Of a DNA stretch of 64,000 bases, positions 11,921-25,169 are shown one piece after another. The notes under the pieces are model-generated. The model had not been told where the DNA came from and made no database searches. It saw only the letters and a program-made list of their open reading frames with translations. Each line of letters opens with the position of its first letter. Position 1 is the stretch's first letter. Both the position numbers and the translations under genes were made by a program. Source of the stretch: Adineta vaga (lineage: Eukaryota; Animalia; Rotifera); contig CP075492.1 in the NCBI GenBank assembly GCA_021613535.1, positions 20,026,001 to 20,090,000 of the forward strand, written 5' to 3'.

Positions 11921-12634
11921 TGAAGGATTATTTATTTTTGCAACAGCACAGAAAATAGCTACTACAAGTATAATTGCAGAGAGAAAAAAATATCCTAAAG
12001 CTTTAAAAATATATTTATTGTAATTATAATATGTGGGTGTGTAGAACATTAGTTTAATTTCTCTCGAATTATGATACTCTGATCGTAATTGAGCAATCAA
12101 TGCTGAATTATTGCCTACTAATCCGAGAAGATATTCATTTTGTATGCGTCCATGAATTGGTATTTTGTAATATTCATTTGTGGAGTTCAGTTCACTTTTT
12201 TTTACAGGTATCATTTCTGATGTAAACAAATTGCCATTGGTTCGACCGATATGTAAATTCAAAATGGATAACATCATATAAATTATTGAAACTATCAATG
12301 GTATAGGTATAAAATATTTTCAACGAAGACTTAAACCAGCAAAAATAATAGAGACAAGTATAAGAAATATTGCTAACTTTGTTCGGAGAAAAAAATCACC
12401 GCCACACATATTTCTTTTGAGATCTTGACCATTTTTTCTGAAATAATTACATTGTTTCACAGCATGATTATATCGCGATGGATAATTTTTATTTACATGT
12501 GTTCGAACACTCGTTTTTTGTGGATTACCCATTGCCACTTCAACGTCAGTGTTTCTAGCAGCTACAACACCAACTCTATCGTATCTATTGATACCAACAT
12601 TCATATCTCTTGTACGTATCTGATTGGATGACAT
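11915..12634 (-). pseudogene. Disrupted membrane protein gene of unknown function
   Basis: Two ORFs, each with a TM segment, linked by a TGA (12320) and a probable A-run frameshift. The final stop lies inside the palindrome. Confidence 0.45.
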
Positions 12635-13098
12635 GATGCTATTGTTTGAACTAAATGCCGAAAAAGAAATATTTTATATAGAACAATGGAGATTGGTTTT
12701 TTCCAGTTGTTATTTGTTTTGAAAAGATAAGATATTGACATTTGATATACAGATAAAATAAAACATAAAATAATTCCTAGAAAGCAATAAAATTGCGAAA
12801 TGAATAAGCTGAAGAGATATGAATGTGAATCTAATTCTTATCTCATCTCTATGTGTTGCATTGAGAATCAGAGAGATCGGAGATGCGAATAAGAGATACG
12901 TGGAGATCCACTTACTGTTTAGTTTTACTTCAAAATGCCAATATGGTCTAGAAAATACGTTTGATTAAAAAAAATTAGGTTCTTTCTATTGACAACAAGA
13001 AGTTTTGGAACAGTTCTTTGAAAATCCAATGATTTATTTATATATAGAGAGAGAAAAAGTCTAGAACTTCTGCAAAACTTCTTTTTTTCGGAAATTCT

Positions 13099-13146
13099 AG
13101 GGTGTAAATGAAATAATACTATTGACCAGCCACACCTTCACCCTTA
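13099..13146. repeat. Degenerate inverted telomere-like palindrome
   Basis: AGGGTGTAAATG...CCACACCTTCACCCTTA. Confidence 0.55.
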
Positions 13147-13469
13147 AACAAAACCTTATGCATTGTTATGTTCGATGTAAAGAGAAAAGAGAGAGAGACG
13201 TGAGTGTATAGTCCGCTAGAACATAACTAGACTTTCTTTTATTTAATGAAATATATATATACGAAATGACTACAAAGAAAACACGAAAGAAAGTGCATGA
13301 TGTATAGATGTCATGGTATATTCTACCATTACACCCTTCCCCTTCTGGAATAAAAAAAAAAGAAAAATATAACCAACATACGATATCAGCACATTGAGAG
13401 GAGAGAGAAGGAGGAAAATTACGAAGTTGCTGTTTTCGAAATTTTTGCCTATAATGGAAGCAACTTTGC

Positions 13470-13748
13470 TTGTTCTGCTGGGTCAGGAACAACTCAGGAC
13501 GATGGATCCTGGAAGCAGTATTCTGCTTATTTTCGGCGAAAACCTGCAGGATACGATGGGAAAGTGCCTGGAATCCCGATGAAGGAGCCGGTAATCGTAT
13601 TCGACTATCGGTTATGGCAGGTTCTTGTTGGTTCCCAACAAAACGTGGTAGATCTGATGACAAGATTCGGTCATCGGAATATTGCTTCCATGAAATTTCC
13701 AGAAGGCTCTGGGACTGGTCGGTTTCGGACCAGATTGTTTGACCTGGG
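13470..13748. repeat. GC-enriched putative interspersed repeat
   Basis: Abrupt GC-richer patch, open in many frames, with no recognisable protein motif. Confidence 0.35.
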
Positions 13749-13828
13749 AAGTTGAGCTGAGTCAACTGTTCCCTCTGCTTCATGACGAGTAACTGTTGCA
13801 TAATTATCGTCAATTAATTCATCATCAA

Positions 13829-16253
13829 CCCTTCTAATACCATGCGAAAAGAGTCCCGTGGAACACCGTGCATGGACATTTTTGTCCATAAATATAAATC
13901 ATAAAAAATCCGACTTTAGTCAGTTTTAGCATTAATATATTTGATTAATCTGATATATCAGAACTCTCGCCACAAATTTCACACACAATATTCACACAAC
14001 TATGCACTTTACACACATATATTCTGCATTTGTAGCGTTTGGTGCCAATTCTGCTAGCTTTTTGTTTACTTGCATAATCGAAAGCTTTATCATAACAAAT
14101 TTTGCACCGACCACGTTTCACTGCCATCGATTGAGTTGTTGCTATTGATGTCGTTGCTGCTGCTGCTCTTGTTTTTGTTGCTAATGGTGATGGTGAAGAT
14201 AAATCTGATGATGTCTTTTCATGCAAGATGCTGTGTATTCCGAAAACAACATCTTTGTGTAAATTTGATGTATTTCTTTGTGAAACATAAGGTTTCACCA
14301 AACAAAGAGCTAGTTCTCTAAGAAAAAGCTTTCTTTTATTTGGATTTTGTTTGTCCCAGTCAGGAAAACATTCAAGAAATAGCGTGAAGGCGTTGACACC
14401 AATTATATCAAGTAAGGTATAAAAATCGACAGTACCTCGTTTTGTTGTATAATGTCGTGTAAGTTGATCAATTGTATCGACACCACCTTTAGTATCATTG
14501 TAGAATAGGTTGATTTCGGGTTTTTTCTTCTCCCCTTCAAAATCACCAATCGTTTGATGTTGACTAGAGATAAAAATAAGAACTTTTTTTGGTTCATGAT
14601 TGTATGAAACGAGTTTGACTGGTGCTGTAGCTGTTGTTACTTTTGAAAAGAGAAACATAGATGAATAAAGTTCTCTATTCTTGCTGATTTTCATGATTTC
14701 TGGTATATGCTTTCTGTTGACCTGCATAGTACCAACTACAGTCAATTGAAATTTATGCCACAGTTCGTCGGCAAGTTCTACAGATGAATAAAAGCGGTCC
14801 ATAGTGATGTTTCTTGAAGTACCTTTGATGGTTTGTGCTAGTCGGCACACGATATCCTTCGGTTTATTTGAAATTTCATTTGTTTTACCAGCATATGGTT
14901 CCATATTGATTACATATCTTTTATGTGAATTTGTGAGCATTCTGATAAGAATACCATATTTACCAGGCTTGTCCTTCATAAATACTTTGAAAGGGCAACG
15001 ACCACGATATAAAGAGAGCATTTCATCAATAGTTGTGCATTGGTATGGCTTGAAATTTGATGAAAATGTTGATGTTACCATTTGGAATACATTTCGAATT
15101 GGTGCAAATTTGTCTTTTTTTCTTCGTTTGGTTCTTGTAGCAGCATCATCAAATCTTAAATGTTTCAATATATGAACGAAGCGATTTCCAGCCATGGCTC
15201 CTTTGTAAAATGGTCTTCCATTCATTTCCGACCACAGATCTGTTATAGATAAGCCATTATCTTGATTTGTACCCATTATATATAAAATACCAATAAATGC
15301 AAAGAGCTCGCGTTTGTCAATAGATCTATCATTCAATCCCATGTGCTTGTTTGTATTTTTAATTATTATTGTTAATACTTCATCAGTAAAAAACTTTTTG
15401 AATGAATATTCTATATTTTTAACTTTACCAGAACGTGTAACACCAAATTTATCTCGTATAATATTTTGACGATACATTTTTTGATTTTTTTATAGTGTTT
15501 TGTAATAAATTTTTCCAGTTTTACTTATTACTTTATCATCATCTTCTTCATCATCTTCTTTATCATTGCTATTTCCAATATGTTCAGTAAAATCTTCTTC
15601 TTCTTCTGATGTACTATTTGTAATATTATCATATTCTGCCATTTTATAAAATTTATTTATAGTTGTTAAATAATGTGGAGAGGTGAGATGGAAGACGAAG
15701 AAAATTGGTGATTTTATTCAGAAAAAAAACGAGTATATATAGGTGGAATGGATAAAGAGGGGTATTCATCGAGAAGTTTCTTCTCTTTATTTTCATGAAG
15801 AATGATTGACAATGGATCGAGGTCCATAAAAGGTCACACAGGAACATAAGTACTTGATGTACGAAAGAGAAGCAAGATATGTACGAGAGAAAGAAAGAAA
15901 TATACGAAAGAGAGGAGCAACATATACGACAGAACAGAAAGAAATGCATGAAAGAGAAACATATACTATGTAATAATAGTGTCTACAACATCTGTACGAT
16001 ATAATAGACGAGAATAAAGAAAAAAAAGATATAAAAATGAGTGATACTATCATATGAATTTTTTCATGTACAAAAAAACGTTGACTTTTTCATGAAAAAG
16101 TAAAAATTTGTTGAAAAGGAGATATTCAGCAGATAATAGAGCTATAAAAATTTACATTCTAAAAAGTTGATATCGATTAGTTCAGGTCTTCACCGAAAAT
16201 GAAGTGTTTTACACACGTATGGACGAAAATGTCCATGCACGGTATTAGAAGGG
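13829..16253 (-). mobile_element. piggyBac DNA transposon
   Basis: Ends CCCTTCTAATACC...GGTATTAGAAGGG with further TIR match (TGCATGGACATTTT). TTAA at 16254-16257 and TCAA at 13825-13828. Confidence 0.92.
13945..15642 (-). pseudogene. piggyBac transposase, probably defective
   Basis: TIDEML, KPGKYG, TMDRFYSS and YNDTKGGVD motifs plus a Cys-rich tail. Acidic N-terminus starts at ATG 15642 with an in-frame TAA at 15490-15492. The usual R-W motif after TKR is absent. Confidence 0.85.
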
Positions 16254-16794
16254 TTAAAGATGAATTATTACCATATCGATTCACAACAGATTCGCCTGGT
16301 GATTTCAATTTTAATGACATTCCTAGAATTAAAATAAACAAAAAAAATCTATTCTGAGTAACTCATTTTAATCCTTTTTTTTAAATAATAAACCTTAGGG
16401 TATATGTGAATATAAAAGAAATTAAATATATTTTTCATTTATATCTCTATCGGTTCTATATTTTACTACTGGAGAAATAAATAACTAAAAGATTTCTTTA
16501 TGTATAGTTGCTCGAAATAGAATTTAAAAAGTCACGTAAAACATGTATGGTGACCCAACAAAATGCTTTTCTTTTGAAGTTATTCAGGAAAAATTCATTA
16601 TCTCTCATTTTGACAGCTACTTCGAGATATATTTCTTCTTTGTTTCTTGACATGTGTTCATCTTGAAAAAGAAGAAAATGTTTTTGACAAAAAAGAGAAA
16701 AAGTCAGCAGATGCTCATTAAAAATTTTTTTTTCTTCATATATAATGATTTCAAAGCTGTATTCTTCTTTATTTTACTAACTTCTATTTCAACA

Positions 16795-17763
16795 ATGAAT
16801 TCAACTGATGAATTTAATCAAACGTATTTGTTTTTTAATAACATGACAATAATACCTATTCAATCATGGTTTATACTTATTAGTGTCTGTATGATTTTAT
16901 GCACTGTATCGACTATTATGTTTAGTATTCTTTTTATATTTGTTATCATATTGGATAAAACATGTCATACAATTCCCATGATGCTAGTAGCTAATACATG
17001 TATATGGACATGTGTGTGTGCGTCTGCAAGATTTGGTATGGTTTTATTTACACTTCAAAATGATCTTAAACAGATTGAATATAAAGATTCACTTTGTGTT
17101 TTTCGAGCTTATATGACGTATGGCTCGTATTGGGCTTTTAATTATTCATTTTTTTTGGAAGCTTTATATAGACATATTCTTGCTATGTATCCAACTCGAT
17201 TGTTTTGGCAATCGTTTCGTATTCAAACTCTACTTATTTGTTTATTTTGGATATTTTGTTTATTAGTTCCTACTCCATTTTTATATCCTGGTGCAATTGT
17301 TTATGATGTTAATGATCAAATCTGTCACTTACCCGTTGCACTTTCTATCTTTGTAGCTTATGCAATTATTGTTGGCTTTTCCATTCCAGTTTTATCAATT
17401 ATGTATTTATATTTTCGATTAGTTAGACATGTTAAACAGATTGGTAAGAATGTTACAACTTCTAATAATCAAATTCGAACACAACGTGAATTAAAAATGA
17501 TTCGACGAATAGTTATAACAATTACAATTCTAATTGTCATTTGTTTCTCTCATCTATTAGTTTGGTTTATGGGTGCATTCAATATAGAAATGGAATATGC
17601 TCATCGATTTGCTTTTATCTTTTTTGATAGTGCAATTTTATCAATTATGATTGCATTATTTTATTTTACTGATCTACTTAGAGAATCTATAATGAGAAGA
17701 ATAAACGTACGATTCAATCTGGTAGGACCAAACACAACAATAAACAATAGAAATCCAATATAA
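16795..17763 (+). CDS. Class A-like GPCR
   Basis: Seven TM segments, N-glycosylation sites near the N-terminus, EALYR at the DRY position, RELKMIRRI before TM6. Likely start MNSTDE at 16795. Confidence 0.8.
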   Translation: MNSTDEFNQTYLFFNNMTIIPIQSWFILISVCMILCTVSTIMFSILFIFVIILDKTCHTIPMMLVANTCIWTCVCASARFGMVLFTLQNDLKQIEYKDSLCVFRAYMTYGSYWAFNYSFFLEALYRHILAMYPTRLFWQSFRIQTLLICLFWIFCLLVPTPFLYPGAIVYDVNDQICHLPVALSIFVAYAIIVGFSIPVLSIMYLYFRLVRHVKQIGKNVTTSNNQIRTQRELKMIRRIVITITILIVICFSHLLVWFMGAFNIEMEYAHRFAFIFFDSAILSIMIALFYFTDLLRESIMRRINVRFNLVGPNTTINNRNPI

Positions 17764-19031
17764 AAAATTATTTGTTTCATTGAAATTAAAATTAAATAAA
17801 TAACATATTTTATATTAGTTAACGGAAACAGAAGAGAATTTAATGAGAAGTTCACTTTAATGTCAAGAAATTCTTGTATTTATCGAGGAAAATCAATCAT
17901 AAAGACTCCATATGTTTTACTGTTTGATTAAAATCTAAACCAGAATGTGGGCGGGTGGATGCTAGGGATGTTACTTTGTCTTTACTTTATAAGATAAAGA
18001 TTATCTTTATTCTTTATAAAATAAAGATAAAGATTTTTTGTTGCTTTATCTTTTATTATAAAATGAAATAAAGAATAAAGAAGAAACTTTTTTTTCTAAA
18101 AAGCCTCAAATTACATCTTTTTCAGATAGTCTACAAAGACATATAAGATCAGAAAGAAAAAAAAGTTCACAATAAGGTTTTTTTCCATAAATCTTTCAGG
18201 AAGTGGCTATGTGCACCCAAACACTTCTAAGAAATTATTTAATGAAAACTAACTTATATTTATCTTGGATGAAATCACTTAATTTAATACTAATTTTAAT
18301 TTATTAACTATTTATTATATTCAAAAAAAATATATAAATTGAACATCATGACTACATGATTATATTACAATTACATAAATATGAACAAAATTTAATTTAA
18401 ATATAGATCAGTTAATTTAAAAACATTTCTAGTACTTCTTCTGGATTTTAAAAGAAATGTTCTTTTTTTAATTATCATATTCGGGCAAAAATTATTATGA
18501 TTTAGAAAATAAAGATAAGACTGCTGCAAAGATCATGATGGAAAAGTTTTATCTCAATAGAAATAAAAGAGATTATTCGAGCTTTCGTGTTCAACTGAAC
18601 ACATCATCAGGAATTGCTTCGTGATTTTCTTTATTTAGTTAAGTGAAATTATTTCCAGAAATTCAGATAGATGTGAATGAAATCAGATATAACAAATATA
18701 AAAATGGTGTTGAAATTATTAATGTTAATTATGTTGATGTTGATGTTGATCTTGATTTTGTTGGTAATGGTGACGATATTTTACAATGTTGATTTCATTG
18801 TTGTTTTTGTTGTTAATGATGTTGTTAATATTGTTATTATTTCAGTAAAATATGAATGATTTTTAACGATATGTATACAAGAAAGAAGAAGAAAGATAAA
18901 TAGGATTTAATCGATAAATATCTTATAACTACAATTAGTCATGTCAGTAAAACTAGGTAGTTTTACGTCCATGGTGGTTAGAAACCAAGGCTGATGACAT
19001 ATAAATACATGTTCGAAAGTCTAACTTAAGT

Positions 19032-19090
19032 AGGGTGTGGGTGTGGGTATCTCCTCTTCTTTCACACCCACACCCACACTCCCACCCCCA
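19032..19090. repeat. Inverted telomere-like palindrome
   Basis: AGGGTGTGGGTGTGGGT...CACACCCACACCCACACTCCCACCCCCA. Confidence 0.9.
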
Positions 19091-19539
19091 GATCATTATC
19101 AGTGAGACGATATTGAAGATTGAGAATAATAGAACTTAAACACGATTATTCATGACTAAAATAAAATGTAATATTTTTTAAAGTACTATGCTTTTTATAT
19201 TAGAATATATTTAATTGAAAAAGAAGCTTATCAATTTTTCCCATCAATCAATTCGATTTGAAATATCAAGTTTAAAGATTATAACGAACAAAGAAAAGAG
19301 CGCAAAACAGCGAAATACATATATTATAAATGGCATTGACTTTTGATGAAATATTACTCAAAATACGTGATAAATCATTAAATGACATTTCGATTGTGAA
19401 TTCTTATTTAATTTTATTGAATATAATCGCTATTGAGAATATGATGTTCTAATCAAACGTTAGATTTATTACTTGTTCAAAGTATTATCGTAGAGATACA
19501 AAGAAAAGAATTGTCTATCGTAACATTTAACATGTTTGA

Positions 19540-20460
19540 CAACACATATGATGTTTTTTAAAAGATAGAATAAATCAACCTTGACATCTTGATTTTGGAC
19601 ATTTAAGTTCTGTTATTAGATTCATAAAAGATTTATCAACTTCTCCTTTTGTTTCATTAATGCAACGTATACATTGAAAATTAAAAAAATATTCATCTTA
19701 CTTCACACCATATGCTGCAAAAAAAAACTAAATCACCTATTTGAAATCTAGTATTATTATTCTTAATGAAAAGACGATCCATATTTGGTGAACATGAATG
19801 ATTAATAAATGCAACAGATGGATATACTCCTAATACAAAGACTTGAGGTGATTGAGAGTAATCATCGAATATAAAAGTACTATGAAAACATCCATATTTA
19901 CTTCTTTTATACAATTAAGAATATAAATTTTAATTGAAAGAGATTTTAATGAATCGATAATGATAATATCGTTCGAGATTGAACATAAATGAAACATATC
20001 AATAGATGATACATTAAGTGAATTTTATTCTAAAATAAAACAAAGTGTTTGTTTAAAATGTTCTTGACTTTTAGTTACAGAATTAAGTTATATATAATCA
20101 TGTTCAGCTATTCTCTCATATAATATAAGAAGATGTGTGTTATCATCGTCATGCAATTTATCAAAAATCATTTCTATAATTCCTTCAATCACAAAAGCAT
20201 TTACTTAACTGATTTTCTGATTATTCAATCGAGTAATATCTTGCAGATAATAAAGAGCCGTTTAAGAATATTATTCATTCGTTTACTCTATCATAGTGTC
20301 GTTCTATAATCTTTATGTTGAAAAACATAGACTGCATAAACTTTGCACTTATTGAAAGTAATCGATTTACTATTTTTCCTTTTACACATTCAGTGTTAAT
20401 GATCAACAAGACAACGATATTGTGCCTCGTGTACCGTATGTCGTCACTTCCGACAACGAA
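19540..20460 (-). pseudogene. SMYD-type SET-domain gene relic
   Basis: GVYPSVAFINHSCSPN (SET NHSC motif) and a downstream YFFNFQCIRC post-SET motif; many stops; boundaries approximate. Confidence 0.65.
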
Positions 20461-21196
20461 GTACTCTTTGATAAATATTTAAACCTTATCGACATCTATT
20501 CAATATTTTTACGAAATTATTCTTTTGTTCAAAAATACAAATGTTTTCAAATATTTACTGATTTGTCAAAAAATTAATAAATTCTTTTCATTCCATTGGA
20601 TTTTTTTCATTTCATGTTACGAACTCTGTTGCAATCAATGATTTTTCCAACATCGAAATATGATCGTTTGCAATGAGACCACTCCGGCTAAATCTCGATA
20701 GATTTTTACCGGACCATCACCATTTTCATATTTAGTTTTTACAACTTCTTGTATATCTTTACTTTTCATGTTTTTCAAATATGACTAAAACAATTTTTGA
20801 ACTCGATCATATAGTATCTTGTGCAGAATTTCAAGCTCCATCTTTTGATAAAAAAGATGTCTCATTCTATCGGGTAATATACGAAAAATATTTAAAATAT
20901 AGACAGTCTAATTTATTCTGGGACACCCGTTACAAGAGAGAGGGATGGGAGAAAGCACCAAGTGTTTACAAAAAAGATTTATTCTTTCACATGTCAATCT
21001 TTGTTCGATCGATTTTTAACCAATCGAATGTGTTTCACAAATATTTTATGATATATCGATAAAGCAATTCAGACGAGCCGATTCGTTCATTTAATGAATG
21101 TTCTTATATACAAACAGACTAATTTCCGTCCGAAAGCATAACATAAATCTATCAATGAAAGATAAAATAGAAAATATTGTTTGAAAGTGAATAAAT

Positions 21197-22838
21197 ATGA
21201 ATTTACTTGATTTACCTAATGAAATTCTTCTTTACATATTCGCCAAAATGAATGTTGTTGATGCATTATTTAGACAAAGTGGATTCAATCAACGACTTGA
21301 TCAATTATTATTCAATAGTATATATGTTCGTGAATTAGATTTTACAATAAAATCATGGGATAATTCGATTTCTTCAATAAATGATTTAGTAATTAATCAT
21401 GTGTGTGAGAAAATTCTTCCTCATATTAACGATAAAGTTATCAAACTCATAGTTGAACCATATGCAATCGAACGTGCTCTCAATAGTGCTATAATTTATC
21501 CAAAAGTTTCTTCATTATCATTATTGAATTTTCGAAGTAAAATCCTTTTACAACATCTCTCAGGTATAATGATGAGATTATTTGAATAATATAATTATTA
21601 AAAGTATTGTAGAAAACAATATTCTTATTGAACTCATCAGACAACAAATTACACATTTACATATTAATACTACTGACGAAATAAATGATAATAATGATGA
21701 ATTAAAAATATTTGAATTAATTTTATCATTGTCAAAACATTTAATCGAATTAACATTTCATCAATCATATTCTTATCTATTCGACATTGACTTAGTTGGA
21801 TATTCAAGTGAATACATTTGACGATTGTTTTTTTCTTTTAAATAACCATTTTCCATCATTATCACATTATTCAGTGTACATTGCTAAAATTTCATCGACT
21901 TCATTAGATATAAGTAAAATAGTAAGTTAAAGTTATTTGAAAATATTATCATTGATGATTATTATGATCTTCTCGATGATGGATTCATCACAATTGAAAT
22001 ATTTCTCATTAATATCATATGGTAGTACATACTGTGACAATGATCTTATTATACCATTTATTCAAAAAATGTCTTATTTACAAGAACTTCGTTTAGTTAT
22101 AAGTGTTTCAAGAGAAGATACAAATCAAATTGTTAATGGAAATAATCTTTATACTGATATTCTCATTTATCTATCTGAATTGAAAAGTTTTCGATTCAGT
22201 ATTTATACTTATATTTCTAATAGAAACGTGTCAATCGATAATTTTCCTTCGAATGATGATATTAAACAGAGTTTCGATTATAATAGATTCGGAAAAGTTG
22301 ATTCGTATGTTTAACAAACGTTTGAAAGAGATGAATATGGATGTCATGTGTATTCACTTCCATTTACCTTTCAAACGTTCAATCGATTGAGCATGTCATT
22401 TTCAGGTAGAATCTTCTATCATGTTAAAATGTTAGTTGCAAATGATTATGTGTACCTTGGAAGAAGAATTTTGTTAAGAAAATTGCTCAATGTTTTCCTT
22501 TCATTGAAATATTACTTATTGTGAATTCTAAACCACAGGAAGACAATTTGCAATTGAGTAAGGAAGCAGAGAAGCTAGAATTAATAACATTTACTCGACT
22601 ATTTGAACTTCGTGTGGCATTAGCACATATGGATTACGTTGAACAATTATTATTCAATCGTTATACACATTTACCTCGACTTCGCCAACTACAAATAAAA
22701 TATAATCAACTAATTACATTGACAAACAATTTTACAAATGATGAAAAGCAATTCAATTGTTTACAAGTACAACATTTAATGATCAATGAATGTTTTGTTC
22801 GACCACAGAATTTTTCTCTTTTTTTTCCTTTATTATGA
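21197..22838 (+). pseudogene. F-box/LRR-like gene, disrupted
   Basis: N-terminal LLDLPNEILLYIF F-box, then CHVYSLPF and HLPRL motifs. Introns, frameshifts and an in-frame TAA at 22312-22314. Confidence 0.75.
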
Positions 22839-22909
22839 TAAACAAATAAAAGAATAAATCTGAACAAGGAGATAGTTTAATTAAGTAACTATACGATGCT
22901 AAGATGTCT

Positions 22910-22954
22910 GGGTGTGGGTGTGGGTATATCATCTTTACCTACACCCACCCTAAG
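22910..22954. repeat. Inverted telomere-like palindrome
   Basis: GGGTGTGGGTGTGGGT...ACCTACACCCACCCTAAG. Confidence 0.85.
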
Positions 22955-23203
22955 GAACATAGTACAATATAAATCAGTCAATAACTGTTCATTTTATGAC
23001 AGAAAAACATCATGTTTTACATTTGAATCGAATAATGTTAGATTTTGTTTTTATCTGAAGACAATAAATGTCACTTTTGAAAATCATAAAACATCTTGTT
23101 TGGTATTAACCAACGCATTATTTTCGATATAAAACGGAATAATAAAAATACCTTTTTTTTTTCTTCTTCTTCTTCACAATCTATAAATTCTCTTCATGAC
23201 ACA

Positions 23204-24910
23204 ATGTCTGAAATAAAATTTGAACTTTTACCAAATGAAATCTTATTTGAATGTTTCAAATATTTTAATATGATCGATATTTTTCATTCATTTGATCAAT
23301 TAAATAATCGTTTTACTCATCTTATTCGAAATATTCGATTTAGTTTAAATTTTGAAAATATTAAAAATAAATTTCAATGTGAAGAATTTTGTCATAAATT
23401 ATCAATTGATGAAACAATTCGAAATCAACTTTATTCATTACATTTATCAAATAAAAATACATTTTATCCAATTCATTTATTTATTTCAAAATTTTCACTT
23501 TTACAATTTTCTCAACTTCATTCATTATCTTTACATCAAATAACAAGTAAGAATTGGAAATCTATTCGTTCTATGTTATCATTAATGACTGAATTAATTT
23601 CTTTTCGAATGATTGATTGTTGTCCATTATCAAATGATATAATATCTCATTTACCAATGTCACAATTACAAATATTAGTTATACCATTCGAATCTTTACC
23701 AAAATTGATTTCAAATATTCAATTTTCATCAATTAGATCTTTATCGATTTCTAAATGCAATTTAGATGAATTATCTATTCTATTCGATAAAGCATCGAAA
23801 CTAAATTATTTGAAAATAGAATATTTCGATATGAGAATCGATGAAACAAGGTGTTTCAACAATCCAACAAATAATCTTAGAACATTACATATTAATGAGA
23901 ATCGTAGCCATTTAAATGGTCTTTTTATGTTATTAGAACAAACACCATATTTAGAAAACTTAATAATATTAAGAAGTGAGAAGCCAAGTGTCGTAAATGC
24001 CTATAAATGGCAAAATTTCATAATTTCTTCATTGGTACATCTAAAGAATTTCAAATTCCAATTTAATGTGTTTAGTTTTCCACGTGACGATATTAATGAA
24101 CAAAGTTTAAAAGAATTTCAAAATGATTTTTGGTGTGATGAACATCATTGGTATACGGAATATATTATATTAGAATCTTGGGCTTTAATTTATACTATAC
24201 CGTATACCTCTGATATGTTTGAACTTCCACCAAATGGTCATAGATATTATAATCAATCAATTAATCATATGAAAACATTTATTAATATTAAAGAATTAAT
24301 AGTTGATCATAGAACTCAAATGAAGAAAGGTCAATATTATTTTTCGAATGTTGAATCCTTGTTACTTGGAAATCTAGATTCATCATATCGTGATCTTGCC
24401 GTGGATAGTTTTTCCTATTTAGACTATCTTCAAACAATTATTAATTTATCAAATATTAAACATTTAACTGTATTATATGGGTTTTGTTTTAGAACAAAAG
24501 ATGTATTTAAAGAAATATTCAAATCTGCTATACAATTAACGTCATTAACAATCTATTTCAATGATTTATTACGTTGGTTGGATGATGATGAATTATGCAA
24601 ATATTTAAATAAATCTATTCGAAAATTAAAAACCTATTATGACCCATTCAAGAATTCAGATCAATTAGAACAATTCTGTAAAACGTTTGCTAATATTGAA
24701 CAACTTAAATGTTCCGTAAGTCATTTAAAGAGTCTCTTATTAATCAAATATTTACCTAAATTAACATATCTACGCAATAGTGAAAGAATAACGACGAATG
24801 AAATATCTTCAATTAAAAATGAAATCGAAAAACTTGGATTAGATATTACTGCTGAATTTCGTAGTGAAGATTATCCTTGTGATTTATATATTTGGATCAA
24901 TCGAATTTAA
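23204..24910 (+). CDS. F-box/LRR-like protein
   Basis: FELLPNEILFECFKY F-box, leucine-rich repeats, FW...HHW and IYTIPY motifs; uninterrupted ORF, likely start MSEIK. Confidence 0.85.
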   Translation: MSEIKFELLPNEILFECFKYFNMIDIFHSFDQLNNRFTHLIRNIRFSLNFENIKNKFQCEEFCHKLSIDETIRNQLYSLHLSNKNTFYPIHLFISKFSLLQFSQLHSLSLHQITSKNWKSIRSMLSLMTELISFRMIDCCPLSNDIISHLPMSQLQILVIPFESLPKLISNIQFSSIRSLSISKCNLDELSILFDKASKLNYLKIEYFDMRIDETRCFNNPTNNLRTLHINENRSHLNGLFMLLEQTPYLENLIILRSEKPSVVNAYKWQNFIISSLVHLKNFKFQFNVFSFPRDDINEQSLKEFQNDFWCDEHHWYTEYIILESWALIYTIPYTSDMFELPPNGHRYYNQSINHMKTFINIKELIVDHRTQMKKGQYYFSNVESLLLGNLDSSYRDLAVDSFSYLDYLQTIINLSNIKHLTVLYGFCFRTKDVFKEIFKSAIQLTSLTIYFNDLLRWLDDDELCKYLNKSIRKLKTYYDPFKNSDQLEQFCKTFANIEQLKCSVSHLKSLLLIKYLPKLTYLRNSERITTNEISSIKNEIEKLGLDITAEFRSEDYPCDLYIWINRI

Positions 24911-25082
24911 ATAGAAACATTTCATTATCTATTTATTAAATTTAAATAAAAAAAGTTTCTTTCTTCTCTTCAGGGTGTGAGTGTGGTTTGTATTCTGAGA
25001 GTTTAAGAAAAAGAATAGACAAATGATAGTGATACATCAATTTCGAATAAAAAATGACTTTCAATACAAATGAGAAAAAAGA

Positions 25083-25166
25083 ATCTTGAGGGTGTGGGTG
25101 TAGGTGTGAGTGGGTGAGAATAATGTGTAAATATGCTACTCTTATATCAACTACACTCTCACCCTC
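25083..25166. repeat. Inverted telomere-like palindrome
   Basis: ATCTTGAGGGTGTGGGTGTAGGTGTGAGTGGGTG...ACACTCTCACCCTC. Confidence 0.85.
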
Positions 25167-25169
25167 GGA

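Noticed and set aside
12032-12042. TGTGGGTGTGT as another palindrome copy
   Set aside because: A single short arm inside a reading frame with no inverted partner; compatible with chance.
13166-13889. Overlapping ORFs as genes
   Set aside because: No motifs; open frames are expected in a locally GC-richer repeat.
18677-18859. Hydrophobic 60-aa ORF
   Set aside because: Low-complexity GTT/GAT repeats with no gene structure.
20560-20932. Single TE-like termini here and near 37383, 50500, 52850 and 54658
   Set aside because: No partner end or TSD could be identified, so the elements cannot be delimited.
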